Source: Eledone cirrhosa (lineage: Eukaryota). From it: 64,000 nt of DNA. Location: the NCBI GenBank assembly GCA_964016885.1, contig OZ024741.1:324570001-324634000 (forward strand), read 5' to 3'. The notes under the pieces are model-generated. The model was not told the DNA's origin and searched no databases. It saw nothing but the letters and a program-made list of their open reading frames with translations. Numbering within the stretch: the stretch's first letter is position 1; every line of letters starts with the position of its first letter. The position numbers and the translations under genes are program-made. This document shows positions 63,621-64,000 of this stretch, in pieces.

Positions 63621-64000
63621 AAGAGGCTGAATTGGGGGTCATTCGAATGTCATTCGTGTAACGTTACTCGTTATAGTGCAAACATTGACGTCTTTGACCC
63701 TAATGCAGCAAATTTTCACAACCAAATGTTCATTAATAAAGACATTAAAAACATTTGAATTGCCAACATTTTTAAATGTTTACTAAATCATAGCAGGGTG
63801 TTAAGAGTTAATATGTTTATATTTTCTAGAATCAATGAAATGACGAAGTGCGGTATTTATATAAGTTCGTATGGAAAATAAAATAAAATCAGTGGTATAA
63901 AAGCTTTTGCCTACACAGACCACAACCAGTTTCATTGGATTCCAGATCTTACCTTGCGGTGTTTTCGTTAATTTCCTTTTAAAAAAAAAACGATAGAAAT

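Overview
AT-rich eukaryotic (animal) DNA made almost entirely of repeats; no host exon could be supported. The SINE and microsatellite landscape resembles a cephalopod genome, but that is inference. The window holds microsatellites ((TA)n, (CA)n, (GAA)n, (TAT)n, (AGT)n), a 3-kb GGT-rich satellite, about 15 copies of a tRNA-derived SINE, and decayed non-LTR retrotransposons (R4/Dong-like RLE, Tx1/L1-like, RTE-like). It also holds Penelope-like elements (PLEs; RT plus C-terminal GIY-YIG endonuclease). The main hidden signal is a dense set of type-I hammerhead ribozymes (HHRs) read directly from the sequence. There are ten complete folds from seven sequence families (one with a C3G core mutation) plus half-motifs of an eighth. 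They lie in PLE pseudo-LTRs/3' ends or in ORF-less tandem or terminally repeated units (retrozyme-like), nearly all next to (TA)n runs. Several have tiny palindromic helix III (dimer-type), a recurrent U.U at 10.1-11.1, non-canonical cores (CAGAAGA in three copies; CCGACGA) or a large branched helix II. All folds were done by eye; none is tested.
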